The notes below the pieces were generated by a model. That model saw only the letters and a program-made list of their open reading frames with translations. It was not told the DNA's origin and did no database searches. 64,000 nucleotides of DNA from a virus: positions 93,407-157,406 of the IMG/VR virus record IMGVR_UViG_3300042922_000982. One strand, given 5' to 3'. The position numbers and the translations under genes are program-made. This document shows, piece after piece, positions 26,955 through 36,410 of this stretch; the first letter of the stretch is position 1, and each line of letters starts with the position of its first letter.

Positions 26955-28970
26955 CTAGAGCCGGGACTGGATGGGCAAGTCGCACACGGGGCACGGCGCC
27001 ACCTTCTCGGTCGCGTCGATCTCGACGTGCCCCTTGTGGTGGGGGCACCACACGTCGCGGGTGTTCTTGGGGCGATCGTCTTGCGGGTGGCGATCGCCGT
27101 CTTGCACCGAGCCCGCCCCGCGCGGCAGGTCGAAGAACACGGACGCGCCTCCCGAGCGGGTGATCGCCTGGTGCGCGACCACCATGACCGCATCGAGCGC
27201 GTCGTCGGTCTGCACCGGGCCCGCCGTGGGGGCGTGGGCTGCGATCAGGCGCTTCTTTTTGGTGTTGCGGCCCTTGAGGCTCTTGAGCGCGGCCATCATT
27301 TCGCGTTTGAGCAGCATGATCGAGTAGATCGGCCACTTGGTCTCGTCGTCGTCCCAGCCGTCTTTCTCAAGCTCCTTGTCGGCCATGGCCCACAATTCCG
27401 GCGGCGTCTCGGGCAGGGCCAGGCGCTCCTCGAACACCAGCTGCTTGAAGTTGGTGGCCAGCTCGTCGTTGAAGACGTCCGTGAAGGTCGTCTTGATCGC
27501 GTTGATGCCCATGTCCTCGAGGTCCTGGATCATCTGGATGCTGCTGAATTGGTCGAAGGATACCTGCGTCACCGTGACCCGCTTGGCGATCCGCTTGATG
27601 AACGGCAGCAGCTCCTTGGTGTAACCCACCTCGCGGTTGAACGCGCGAATCAGGTCGATCACGACCACGCCCTTGCGGACGTGCCCGACGGCCACCACGA
27701 GGCGATCGCCGCCTTCGGAGGTGTCGACGTGCACCACGCGCTCGTACTTGCGCGCGTCCTTGACGAACGCCTCTTCAAGCTCCCGATCCGAGATGGTGCC
27801 GAGCGGCATGGCCGCCGTGCGCCCGGTCAGGGCGGTGTAGAGCTTGACCATGGCCTCGAATTGGCTCGCCACGTTGGGCAGCAGGTTCTTGGCGCCGGTG
27901 AAGAATTGCGCGCCGTACTCGGTCTCGGCGACGTCGGGGTCCTTGCGGTACTCGGCGGCGTAGTCGTCTTTCGTCTCGCCGGGGATCATCTCCCACGAGG
28001 CCAGCTGCACCACGAGCGCGTTCTCGAACGTGCCCGCGATCGCCTGGCAGTACAACTCGTAGAGCACGCCGTCGGCCTCGGCGGGCGAGGACAGGATCAG
28101 CACGATGCCCTTCCCCTTGGCGCGGGTCTTGACCGCGCTTCGGATGGCGGTGTAGAGCGCGCGATCCGATCGAGGCCCCGACGTCTTCTCGGCGAAGGCG
28201 ATCTCGTCGTGGATGTAAACGACCGTGTCACGGCCACGGCCCGACTTGGAGTTAGACGAGCCCCGCTCCGCCCACAGGTGCTTGCCGAACTTCATCATGC
28301 CTTTGATCGGCGGGCTATACCGGCCGTTGAACCACTTGACGCGCTCGATGAAGCTGACGAACGCATCGAAGAACTCGCCCGCCTGCGCGGCCGAGGTGGC
28401 CACGTTCTGGATGCGCAGCGCCTTCAAGGCGGCCAGGTTGAACAGGGCGTGCGGGTTCGGCTGACTCAGGATGCGGTGGCCCTGGTGCCCGGCCGTGCCT
28501 GCCGCGAAGGTGGTCTTACCGCCGCCACGGCCGATGATCAGCACGATCGTCCGGGGCTCCGAGCTATTGTCGTCCAGGCTCTCGAAGACCTGGGCGTACG
28601 GGTTTTTGCGGCTCTTCAGGTACGCCCAATCGGCCACCTCGTCGTACCAGTAGACGCCCGCGTCGTCCTGCTCGACGCAATGGCCCATGGTGCGCATCAG
28701 CTTCTCGCCGTCGAAGCCCAAGCACATGGTCGCGGCATCGAACGGGTAGCGCGCCAGGCGCGTGTCGAGCGGCCGGTGATTGGCGGCGTTGTCGATCACC
28801 TTGGCGAGCAGCCGCTGGCGCGGGCGCAGGATCATGTGCGCCCAGTCCTCGTGCTCCAGAAACACGTCGAGCGGCACGACCTCACCCGATTGATCTGTGC
28901 CCTCTTCGAGCATCGAGATCATGCGGGTGTAGGCGTCGTCCGCCAGGATGGTCTTGCTCGCCACCGCCAT
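26955..28970 (-). CDS. terL: terminase large subunit
   Basis: Walker A GRGGGKT, Walker B YIHDEIAF, ILSSP, EYGAQF, nuclease VHVDTS..D and TDDALDA. Confidence 0.9.
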   Translation of the reverse strand: MAVASKTILADDAYTRMISMLEEGTDQSGEVVPLDVFLEHEDWAHMILRPRQRLLAKVIDNAANHRPLDTRLARYPFDAATMCLGFDGEKLMRTMGHCVEQDDAGVYWYDEVADWAYLKSRKNPYAQVFESLDDNSSEPRTIVLIIGRGGGKTTFAAGTAGHQGHRILSQPNPHALFNLAALKALRIQNVATSAAQAGEFFDAFVSFIERVKWFNGRYSPPIKGMMKFGKHLWAERGSSNSKSGRGRDTVVYIHDEIAFAEKTSGPRSDRALYTAIRSAVKTRAKGKGIVLILSSPAEADGVLYELYCQAIAGTFENALVVQLASWEMIPGETKDDYAAEYRKDPDVAETEYGAQFFTGAKNLLPNVASQFEAMVKLYTALTGRTAAMPLGTISDRELEEAFVKDARKYERVVHVDTSEGGDRLVVAVGHVRKGVVVIDLIRAFNREVGYTKELLPFIKRIAKRVTVTQVSFDQFSSIQMIQDLEDMGINAIKTTFTDVFNDELATNFKQLVFEERLALPETPPELWAMADKELEKDGWDDDETKWPIYSIMLLKREMMAALKSLKGRNTKKKRLIAAHAPTAGPVQTDDALDAVMVVAHQAITRSGGASVFFDLPRGAGSVQDGDRHPQDDRPKNTRDVWCPHHKGHVEIDATEKVAPCPVCDLPIQSRL

Positions 28971-28973
28971 GGG

Positions 28974-29372
28974 TCAGTCCTGCCGTTTCTGGGTGCGCGG
29001 CGCGTGCTGCGCCTCGATGGCGTGATCGGCGGCCAGGCTGCGCAAGTTGGCCGCGATCGCCGCCGCGCCGGGGTCGCCTAGCGCCTCCACCTGCCGGGCG
29101 ATCGCGCTCAATTGCCGGTTCATGCGCATGAGCCGATCGGTGCTACCGGCCAGGGCCCGCAAATCCGCCAGGGCGGGCAGGAGGCCGTTGAGCGCACGGT
29201 GCGCGTCAAGCTCGGCCTGCCGGGCGCGGCCGTCGGGTGGAATCTCGACCATGTACGTGCCCGTCACATGGCACACCTCGAAGCGCGCTTCCGGGTCGTG
29301 CCGCTGGGCGATCTCCTCCGGGGTGGCCACCCGGTACAGGGGCTCGCCCTGGTGCGCGGTGGGGTTAGGCAT
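28974..29372 (-). CDS. hypothetical protein
   Basis: operon packing, GGAGG RBS. Confidence 0.55.
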   Translation of the reverse strand: MPNPTAHQGEPLYRVATPEEIAQRHDPEARFEVCHVTGTYMVEIPPDGRARQAELDAHRALNGLLPALADLRALAGSTDRLMRMNRQLSAIARQVEALGDPGAAAIAANLRSLAADHAIEAQHAPRTQKRQD

Positions 29373-29763
29373 CGCTTGCGCCCTCCGAGGCCCCTTGCCG
29401 GGCATCGTGGGGGCCGCGCTGGGCCATCGCGCGCCGCTCATCCTGGGCCGCATGGACGGCGCGGAGGACCTGGGTCTCCAGGTGGCGCAGCGCGGCGATC
29501 GCCACCTCGCCCAGCGGGGTGTCCGGGTCGGCGATCATGTGGTCCTTGTAGATGCCGGGGTAGTGCGATCGCAGGTAGTCCCGCAGCCGCTCGGGGTCGC
29601 CCAAGACGGCGACGCCTGTGCGGTCGGGGCCGAGCGCGTAGTCGATCCCGATCAGGACGTGTTCGCCCTGGGCCTGCTCGCCCTGCCACCGCTGGCCGGG
29701 GTCGGTGAAGGCGCGCGGGTTGGGGGTGGCGTTGAGGGCCTGCTCGGCGTGGGTGTCGTGCAT
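29365..29763 (-). CDS. hypothetical protein
   Basis: operon packing. Confidence 0.6.
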   Translation of the reverse strand: MHDTHAEQALNATPNPRAFTDPGQRWQGEQAQGEHVLIGIDYALGPDRTGVAVLGDPERLRDYLRSHYPGIYKDHMIADPDTPLGEVAIAALRHLETQVLRAVHAAQDERRAMAQRGPHDARQGASEGASDA

Positions 29764-29766
29764 GGG

Positions 29767-30465
29767 TTAGCTCCCTTGGCTCTGGAGGCGGGCGAGTTCC
29801 TTGGCGATCGCCCGCGCGTTTTCGGGACAGACGGTGTTGATGGCGCTCTGCACGTTGGTCATGAACCGTTCGAGCGCCTGGTAGTTGTAGAAGGTGCCGA
29901 CCACGTTGTTGTACTTGTCCACGATGTCGGACACGGCCTTCTCGGCTTTCAGTGCCTCGCCCTCCAGCCGGGCGACGTCGCCGTAGCCCACCTGTAGCAG
30001 CGCGGGCTTGTGGCGCACCGTGATCTCGGACACCTCCTCGGCGCCGCAGCGCGTGCACAATCCGGGGTACTGGTGCCCGTCGGGGCTGCCGAGCACAAAG
30101 TAGCGCGCGTGGCGGGCATCGAGCTCGATGCGCTTGGCGATCGCCTTCACGCGGCCGATCGCGTTGGTCAGCTCGGTTATCATGTCCAGGCCGCCGACCA
30201 GGGCGCCGACGCGGGTGGTGCTATCCGCCTGGGGCGGCAAGCCGCCTGCGGGCATGGCGCGCCCCACGCTACCCGCCACCTTGGCCGCGATCGCCGCCTC
30301 GGCCTTCTTGCGCAGCGCGATCGCCGTCGGCTTCGACACGCCGGTCACGGCCTTGACCTCCTCGAGCGTCACCTTGCGCCCGATCATGGCCGCCGCCTCG
30401 AGCAAGTCGATCACGGCGGGCAGTTGTTTGTCCTTCGGCAGCTTGCCGGGGCTAGTTTCCGACAC
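29767..30465 (-). CDS. HTH plus helical protein, candidate terminase small subunit
   Basis: N-terminal TLEEVKAVTGVSKPTA; lies shortly upstream of terL. Confidence 0.4.
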   Translation of the reverse strand: MSETSPGKLPKDKQLPAVIDLLEAAAMIGRKVTLEEVKAVTGVSKPTAIALRKKAEAAIAAKVAGSVGRAMPAGGLPPQADSTTRVGALVGGLDMITELTNAIGRVKAIAKRIELDARHARYFVLGSPDGHQYPGLCTRCGAEEVSEITVRHKPALLQVGYGDVARLEGEALKAEKAVSDIVDKYNNVVGTFYNYQALERFMTNVQSAINTVCPENARAIAKELARLQSQGS

Positions 30466-31333
30466 GGGCGGCCTCCTTTCGGCGTGGGCGGGCGTAGATG
30501 GGGCGGTTGCACAGCGCGGCGGGGCGATCGGCGCCGCCGTGGTGCTTGGCGTACTGGTGGCAGGCCGGGCAGCGGCCCCGCACGAAGCCCTTCCCGGTGC
30601 GATCGCACGGCGGGTTCACGCACACGGCGCCCCGGCGGGCGATCGCCTCGCGCCAGGCGACAAGCTCCTGCGCCGTGCGATCGCGATCGTGCTGCTCGTG
30701 GAATCGGGTGCACCCGGCGCAGCGCCCGTAGCGCGTCCGCCCCGCGATCGTCGGCCCGGCGCACACGATGCACGCGGGTCGGACGCCCGCGAGCCTGCTC
30801 TCCAGCGCGGCGATCGCCTCGCGCGTGATGTCCTCGCCATGCTTGCGCCGGTACACGTAGCACCTCACGCAGCGGCCCTTGCGCGGCTTCTCGGTGGGGG
30901 CCGTGCAGTTGACGCACTCGGACACGATCACCCGTTTCTGGCGCGGGCCCGTTTTCTCGTAGCCGGGCCCCCAGCCGCGCCGCTCGACGCCGTCGGTCGA
31001 GCCGCGCTGGTAGCCCGTGGGCGGGCGATCGACGCTGCGCAGGCGCCGGTACTCGTAGCACGCATGGCAGCGGCCCTTGCGGGGCTGCTCGGTGAGGCGC
31101 TTGCAGTTGCCGCAACAGACGGCGGGCTTGGGGGGGACGCCACTCGCGCGGCGCCGGGGCGCCCGGTCCGGATCGCGCTCGGTGCCGTAGCGGCGTATGT
31201 GGTTGTAGCACCTCACGCACCGCCCGGCGACCAGCTTGACGATCGCCCGGCCGTCGGGGCAGATGGCGTTGGCGCACACGCCGGGTGGGATCGGCTTCCG
31301 GCCGCCGCGCTGCGGGGCGAACACGCTACTCAT
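30452..31333 (-). CDS. protein with five tandem GATA-like Cys4 Zn fingers
   Basis: five repeats of C-x2/4-C..GRCxxC..R[DPT]. Confidence 0.75.
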   Translation of the reverse strand: MSSVFAPQRGGRKPIPPGVCANAICPDGRAIVKLVAGRCVRCYNHIRRYGTERDPDRAPRRRASGVPPKPAVCCGNCKRLTEQPRKGRCHACYEYRRLRSVDRPPTGYQRGSTDGVERRGWGPGYEKTGPRQKRVIVSECVNCTAPTEKPRKGRCVRCYVYRRKHGEDITREAIAALESRLAGVRPACIVCAGPTIAGRTRYGRCAGCTRFHEQHDRDRTAQELVAWREAIARRGAVCVNPPCDRTGKGFVRGRCPACHQYAKHHGGADRPAALCNRPIYARPRRKEAARVGN

Positions 31334-31432
31334 GCGACACCTCGCGCGCGCCGGTGAACGCGCAGACGGCCAGGTGGGCGATCGCGTAGACGGCCACGGC
31401 CCCCAAAGACACGATCAACGGGTGGGCCTGGA

Positions 31433-31798
31433 TCACGACGCGCCCTCCGCCGTGCCCGCAGGCGCGGGCATCTCGGCCGTGGTGGCGTCAATCACCGCCA
31501 TGGCGTCATCGAAGGTGAGCTTGTAGCCGCAATTCGGGCAGCATCCGGGCTTGCCGCCGCCGAAGGTCAGCCGGATGGCGCGGTTGCGCAGCGACCCCGA
31601 CACCACGATCAAGCCCTTGGCCGCCAGGCTCTTGAGGTGGTAGTCCACGGTGCTGGTGCTGCGCATGCCGAGCGCCTGGCCGATCTCGCGCACGGTGGGC
31701 GGGTAGCCCTCGGTGCTGAAGTACTCCTGAATGAACGCGAGCACGTCCAGGTGGCGGTCGGTCTGCGCCCGGTTGCGGGTCTTGACGGGGAGGGTCAT
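31433..31798 (-). CDS. LexA-type DNA-binding domain without peptidase domain
   Basis: VLAFIQEYFSTEGYPPTVREIGQALGMRSTSTVDYHLKSLAAKGLI..RAI; short CCPNC tail. Confidence 0.8.
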   Translation of the reverse strand: MTLPVKTRNRAQTDRHLDVLAFIQEYFSTEGYPPTVREIGQALGMRSTSTVDYHLKSLAAKGLIVVSGSLRNRAIRLTFGGGKPGCCPNCGYKLTFDDAMAVIDATTAEMPAPAGTAEGAS

Positions 31799-31815
31799 GG
31801 CGGATTCCTCGGGTT

Positions 31816-32160
31816 CTAGAGGCGGAAGGACAACCGGCGGTCGGTGCCGAGCAGGGGGTGGCGGGTTTCGAGCAGCATGGCCGGGCGATCGCCGAGCTTC
31901 CAGCCGCCGTAGGACGGCGTGGGGTAGGTGTGCGCCACGCGGATGTCCTCGTACGCGAACCAGACGCGGTAGGCCGTCGGGACGTGGCGCGTGCGCGGGA
32001 TCATGATCTTGCCGCAGGGCACGTAGTACGTCTCGGTGTGGGCGGGCACCACGTCGCGGTAGGTCACGACCGCCTCCACCGGCTCGATGTCTCGGCCGCA
32101 CCCGCTCAGGGCCAACAGGGCAAGCTGGGCGATCGCCCAGCGCGCGACGACCCTACCCAC
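31816..32160 (-). CDS. putative lipoprotein
   Basis: LALLALSGC lipobox; start uncertain. Confidence 0.55.
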   Translation of the reverse strand: MGRVVARWAIAQLALLALSGCGRDIEPVEAVVTYRDVVPAHTETYYVPCGKIMIPRTRHVPTAYRVWFAYEDIRVAHTYPTPSYGGWKLGDRPAMLLETRHPLLGTDRRLSFRL

Positions 32161-32276
32161 GGGGGATGACCAGGCCAAGCGGGAGCCTGTGGCGCCGGGG
32201 CTCGAGGGCGCGCACCGGGCACCCGGCCAGCAAGGAGAGCGAGAGCGTGCCCGCGAGCAAGTAGAGCAGGCCGGAC

Positions 32277-32744
32277 CTAGTCGGCATGGGCGGCCTCCTG
32301 CTTGATCAGCACCTGGCGATCGCGGCTCTCGCGCACGATCCAGGCGTTGGCGTGCGGGAACCAGCCATCGAAGAAGGCCACGGCCGCCTCCACGGTGGGA
32401 AACACCGCATCTTTGATCCAATCGGCGGTGGGGTGGTAGTAGTTGTCGCAGAAGGTGCCGCGCTTGGTGAGCACCTGATCGTCGAGGGCGTAGGTGATCA
32501 CCCAGCCCTCGTACGGCTTGCGCATGGTCTCGCCCTCGACCCTTGTAAGGAAGAACTCCTTGTACGCGCCGGGGGCGTGGAGCCGGAAGGCGATCGCCAT
32601 CGCGAGCAAACGATCAGCGCGCTCCAGCGGGGTCTCGGGCGCGCGCGGCGGCGCGGGGCGGGCCGTGGCGCGGACGGTGGCCATCTGGGAGGCCGGGGGC
32701 TCGGGGGGCACGTAGGACGGGCTCTTCTTGGTGCGGTGATCCAT
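32277..32744 (-). CDS. hypothetical protein
   Basis: GGAGGA RBS. Confidence 0.65.
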   Translation of the reverse strand: MDHRTKKSPSYVPPEPPASQMATVRATARPAPPRAPETPLERADRLLAMAIAFRLHAPGAYKEFFLTRVEGETMRKPYEGWVITYALDDQVLTKRGTFCDNYYHPTADWIKDAVFPTVEAAVAFFDGWFPHANAWIVRESRDRQVLIKQEAAHAD

Positions 32745-32761
32745 GGGGTATCCTCCGGGGG

Positions 32762-33169
32762 TTAGAACGGGGCGATGGGCAGCGGCTTCTTGCGGGTGTA
32801 GGTGACGGAGAAGGTCTCGTCAACCGCCGGGGTGAAGGCGAACAGGCCCTTGTAGGTGTGGTCGATCGCCCGGTAGAACGTGGTGGCCGCCACGCGGTAG
32901 GCGTAGGCCACCATGAGGCGCTCGGGGTTGTCGGGGTGCTTCCAGATGCTGAACACGCACTCGGTGGCGGGCACGTAACACAGCCAATTCGGCCCCATGC
33001 GGATCACGTCGTCGAGCGCCTGGAACGCGGGCATCTCGACCCAGAGCGCCATGGCCGCCGTCGCCTCCGCCCCCTGCGCGGGGTCCACCACCAGGCGCAA
33101 GAAGCCGGGGGCGATCGAGTCGCCGCGCAGCGGCGCGACCAGCTCGGGGATCTCTTTTTTGGGCTCCAT
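32762..33169 (-). CDS. hypothetical protein
   Basis: AGGAGA RBS before MEPKKE. Confidence 0.65.
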   Translation of the reverse strand: MEPKKEIPELVAPLRGDSIAPGFLRLVVDPAQGAEATAAMALWVEMPAFQALDDVIRMGPNWLCYVPATECVFSIWKHPDNPERLMVAYAYRVAATTFYRAIDHTYKGLFAFTPAVDETFSVTYTRKKPLPIAPF

Positions 33170-33216
33170 GGGGCTCTCCTGTTGACATGCGCCACCGGCC
33201 GGGTAGGCGCGCCGTG

Positions 33217-33552
33217 TCATACCTCGTATGGGGTGTAACGCGGGGGCTCGATGGGCGAAACCGGCGCCGCGCCGCTATCCGTGGGCGGCTCCACGATCGC
33301 CATGCGCTTGACGAACCCGCGAATGACGGCCACCTGCTCGTCGTGCGCGCGCCGGTAGCGGCGAACCTGGCGCTGCGCACGCGACACCGCCCCGCCCATG
33401 AGCACCGCGCCGAGGAACAGGCCGACCCCCACGCCGGACAGCCCGGTCGTGAACACCAGCACCAGCGCCTGGTCGGCGGCGAGCGTGGCGCCCACCCCCA
33501 CCCCGGCGATCGCCGAGGCGCCCAGCAGCACCTGCGCCGTCACGGGCGCCAC
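33217..33552 (-). CDS. small membrane protein
   Basis: two hydrophobic segments. Confidence 0.55.
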   Translation of the reverse strand: MAPVTAQVLLGASAIAGVGVGATLAADQALVLVFTTGLSGVGVGLFLGAVLMGGAVSRAQRQVRRYRRAHDEQVAVIRGFVKRMAIVEPPTDSGAAPVSPIEPPRYTPYEV

Positions 33553-33770
33553 CGCCGCTCAACGCGCTCGAACACGCCATGGGCCCTCACGGGGGATTCG
33601 GGCGCCTTGTCGCCGAACGTGGCGGCGACCGTGGGGCTCACGGGCGCGCTCTTGGCGGGCGCGCAGCCGACGTGGTAGCCCCGGCGGGTGTCGGGCTGGA
33701 AGATCATGCCGTGGCCGTCGGGGATGGGCCCCCCGCACGCGGCGCACATGGTCACGGGCACGTCACTCAC
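33540..33770 (-). CDS. small CxxC..HxxC Zn-finger protein
   Basis: CAAC..YHVGC; GAGGAGG RBS. Confidence 0.55.
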   Translation of the reverse strand: MSDVPVTMCAACGGPIPDGHGMIFQPDTRRGYHVGCAPAKSAPVSPTVAATFGDKAPESPVRAHGVFERVERRWRP

Positions 33771-34335
33771 CGGGCACCTCCTCCTCGATGCGGGGCGCAC
33801 CGGGGCGCGCCTGGGCGAACTTGCGAAGCGACACGTCGAGCGGCAGCAGGTACTTGGCGCGCGCCTCGGCGATCGCCCGGCCCGCCACGTCGAGCGGCAG
33901 GTTGCACTTCTCGGCGACCGTCACCTCGTCCACATGGCGCAGCACCATGTACATGGTGCCGTGCAGGAAGCTGAGCAGGTAGTCCCAGGGCTCGCCGGGC
34001 AGGTCCTCGCCGCCGTACAGGGTGGAGCCCTCCTCCTTGGCGAGCGCCTGCATGCCCTTCCAGCCCACGGCACACGCCTCCTCGAGCGGCAGGTGCAAGT
34101 CGGCCAGCAACTCGGAGAACCCGATGCCCTCCACCCCGCCGGGCTTGCGGTTCTCGCGGATCCGGTGCTTGGCGATCGCCACCAAGCGGTCCCGATCGGC
34201 GAACAGGGCGGGCGGCTCACACGCGGCGTGGTAGGCCACGCGGTGGTACGGATCGAACACCAGGGGCTCGGTGCCCGCGATGGGCACCTCGCACCCGGCG
34301 CACGCGCACGCGGGGGTGGTGGACACGGCGAGCAT
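33763..34335 (-). CDS. protein with N-terminal CxxC..HxxC finger
   Basis: CAGC..YHAAC; AGGAGG RBS. Confidence 0.6.
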   Translation of the reverse strand: MLAVSTTPACACAGCEVPIAGTEPLVFDPYHRVAYHAACEPPALFADRDRLVAIAKHRIRENRKPGGVEGIGFSELLADLHLPLEEACAVGWKGMQALAKEEGSTLYGGEDLPGEPWDYLLSFLHGTMYMVLRHVDEVTVAEKCNLPLDVAGRAIAEARAKYLLPLDVSLRKFAQARPGAPRIEEEVPGE

Positions 34336-34337
34336 CC

Positions 34338-35081
34338 CTAGCCCTCCTGGCCGCCGAGCAGCACCGTCAGCGCGGGCGCCTCGTCGGGATCGGGGCCGCC
34401 GGGCAATTGGGCGTTGCCCGCCGCCTCGATGGCCTGCTCCAGCGTGGGGTAGTAGAACAACCGGCGCGTCTCGTCGGTGCGGTTGGAGCCCTTGACCTCG
34501 GTCATCCACTGGCCGTCCGGGCGCAGGGCCGACCCGAAGCCGTCGGTGATGGCCCACCAGTAGGCATCCGCGCCCTCGGGGCCCTTGCGCGCCTCGACGC
34601 CGTACTTGCCGATGCGGAACGCGGTCGCCAGCGTCAGCATGCGCGCCATCACCTGCAAGCGGGTCTGGGCGAATTCAAGCTCGTTGATCGCCGCTTGCGG
34701 GTGCTCCTGGTAGTGGAGCAAGGTGCGCAGGCGCTCGTTCTCGGCCAGGGCGCCGCTCAACTTCTGGAACGACCCGACGATGTGCGCCATGGCGTCCTCG
34801 GGAATCTGGGCGAATTGCATCACGGGGCTCGTCAGGTGCTCGATCAGGACCTGCGCGTGCCGCTTGGCCTCGGGCAGGGTCACGTCGGCGTCGCGGATGT
34901 CGTGCAAGAAGGCGATCGCCGCGACCAGATCGGCCTGCGCCGGGTTGGTGGGCGCGCCCGCCACGTCCTCGAGGCCCGGCAGGGGGGATTGCTCGGTGTC
35001 GGCGGCGATCGCCTGCGCGGCCTCGGCGGAGGCGGCGTCGGGAATGATGGCCTGGGGCTGCTGGTCGTCGGTGTTGGGCAT
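34338..35081 (-). CDS. hypothetical protein
   Basis: ACCGAAAGGA leader. Confidence 0.7.
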   Translation of the reverse strand: MPNTDDQQPQAIIPDAASAEAAQAIAADTEQSPLPGLEDVAGAPTNPAQADLVAAIAFLHDIRDADVTLPEAKRHAQVLIEHLTSPVMQFAQIPEDAMAHIVGSFQKLSGALAENERLRTLLHYQEHPQAAINELEFAQTRLQVMARMLTLATAFRIGKYGVEARKGPEGADAYWWAITDGFGSALRPDGQWMTEVKGSNRTDETRRLFYYPTLEQAIEAAGNAQLPGGPDPDEAPALTVLLGGQEG

Positions 35082-35137
35082 CGGGGGATCCTTTCGGTAG
35101 GGGGTAGACGGGTATAGGGCTGTCCCTATAGGGGGGA

Positions 35138-35560
35138 TTACAACTTCTCGGCCGCTTCGATGAGCTTGCCCAGGGCGATCGCCGCCTCTTGCGGGCTGCT
35201 CGAATCCTTGGCCATGCGCGCCAGCTTGAGCACGCGCGCCACCTCCATCGGGCGATCGGCGTCGCGCATGCGCTTATAGCCGTGCTCGATCAGGTACTCC
35301 TCGGCGATCCGCTTGCTGTTCGCCAGCACCGCCTGGCGCACCGTGGCGTCGTAGTCGCGGCCGATCCTGTGCAGCCGGGCGCGGGCGTCGAGCCAGAACC
35401 AGGTGAGCACCAGGCACACCACCATGGCGGCCAGGTAGCCGATCAGGTACGTCATCGCCGAATTGTTGGCGCTCACGGTGGCGGCCTTGGCGGCCTCGAA
35501 GGCGGCCTGCAACGCCACGGGGTCGAGGCTCGGAGTGGGGACAGGGGTCGGAATGAGCAT
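35138..35560 (-). CDS. membrane-anchored hypothetical protein
   Basis: one hydrophobic segment. Confidence 0.6.
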   Translation of the reverse strand: MLIPTPVPTPSLDPVALQAAFEAAKAATVSANNSAMTYLIGYLAAMVVCLVLTWFWLDARARLHRIGRDYDATVRQAVLANSKRIAEEYLIEHGYKRMRDADRPMEVARVLKLARMAKDSSSPQEAAIALGKLIEAAEKL

Positions 35561-35927
35561 CGGTGGGGCCTTTACACATGTACGGGGCTGGTCAAAAGCC
35601 CTTGGTCGGTAGTCTATAGGAAAAGAAGCGCCGAATGTGGCGTTTTGCCACGTCAGGTAAAAAAATGGTCAGGGTCAAGTGCCCCCGCCGCCGCTTGCCG
35701 ATCGCCTAGTCTTTTCACAAGTCGCGGGCCAGGCGAAACCGATCGCCTCGTCTTTCAAGTGGGTCGCTGGCGCGGCGATCGCCCGGTCTTGCGCATGGGT
35801 AGCCCGTGGGGTTCGACGAGCGCGATCGCCGTGCGTGTCGTGTGCTACTACCCCTATATAGCGTCCCCTATACGGTGGGACACTACCGCTTAGGTGCTAC
35901 CCCCTTGTGGGGCACCCGTGGGCGTGG

Positions 35928-36377
35928 CTATTCCCAGGCCAGGTAGTGGTTGTGGGCCCAGCCGCCTTCACGGATCACCATGGGGGCGGTGTCGCCCTTC
36001 TGACGGCCGCAGTAGTCGGGGCCGCAGGCTTGGTTGAGCGTGAGGTCCTCGTAACGCCAGATGACGTGGAATTCGGCGGGGTGGTAGTCGCTGTCGGTGC
36101 GCGTGGTGTAGCCGACCGTGGTGGTGGTGCGGTTGCCCTTGCTGTCCGTGGTGGTCCGGGTGATGGGCACCTGGCGCGTGGTGATCTCGGTGCGCGGCGG
36201 GACGTAGTGAAGGGCCGTGACGGTGGCGGTCACGTCGGCGACGATCTTGCTGGTGGCGGCGTTGCCGACGGCGAAGGCGATCAGGCCGACCGTGGCGACG
36301 GCGACGGCTATCACGCAGACGTCGAAGGCGGTGGGCCGATCGCCGGGGCGGCGGCGGGGGCGGGGTTGGTGTCCCAT
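35928..36377 (-). CDS. membrane-anchored protein, probable paralog of 31816-32160
   Basis: hydrophobic segment, then VTATVT..VPPRTE..FHVIWRYED..GD. Confidence 0.6.
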   Translation of the reverse strand: MGHQPRPRRRPGDRPTAFDVCVIAVAVATVGLIAFAVGNAATSKIVADVTATVTALHYVPPRTEITTRQVPITRTTTDSKGNRTTTTVGYTTRTDSDYHPAEFHVIWRYEDLTLNQACGPDYCGRQKGDTAPMVIREGGWAHNHYLAWE

Positions 36378-36410
36378 GGCGGCGGTTCTCCGGGGGGGTG
36401 AGGGGGCGAT

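Noticed and set aside
26607-27062. Terminase tail duplication as a DGR template/variable repeat pair
   Set aside because: Mismatches are not restricted to adenines, several are synonymous C/G changes, and no reverse transcriptase is present
35690-35830. Four spaced CGATCGCC copies as a CRISPR or REP array
   Set aside because: Repeat is only 8 bp with irregular spacing; explained by HIP1-type sites
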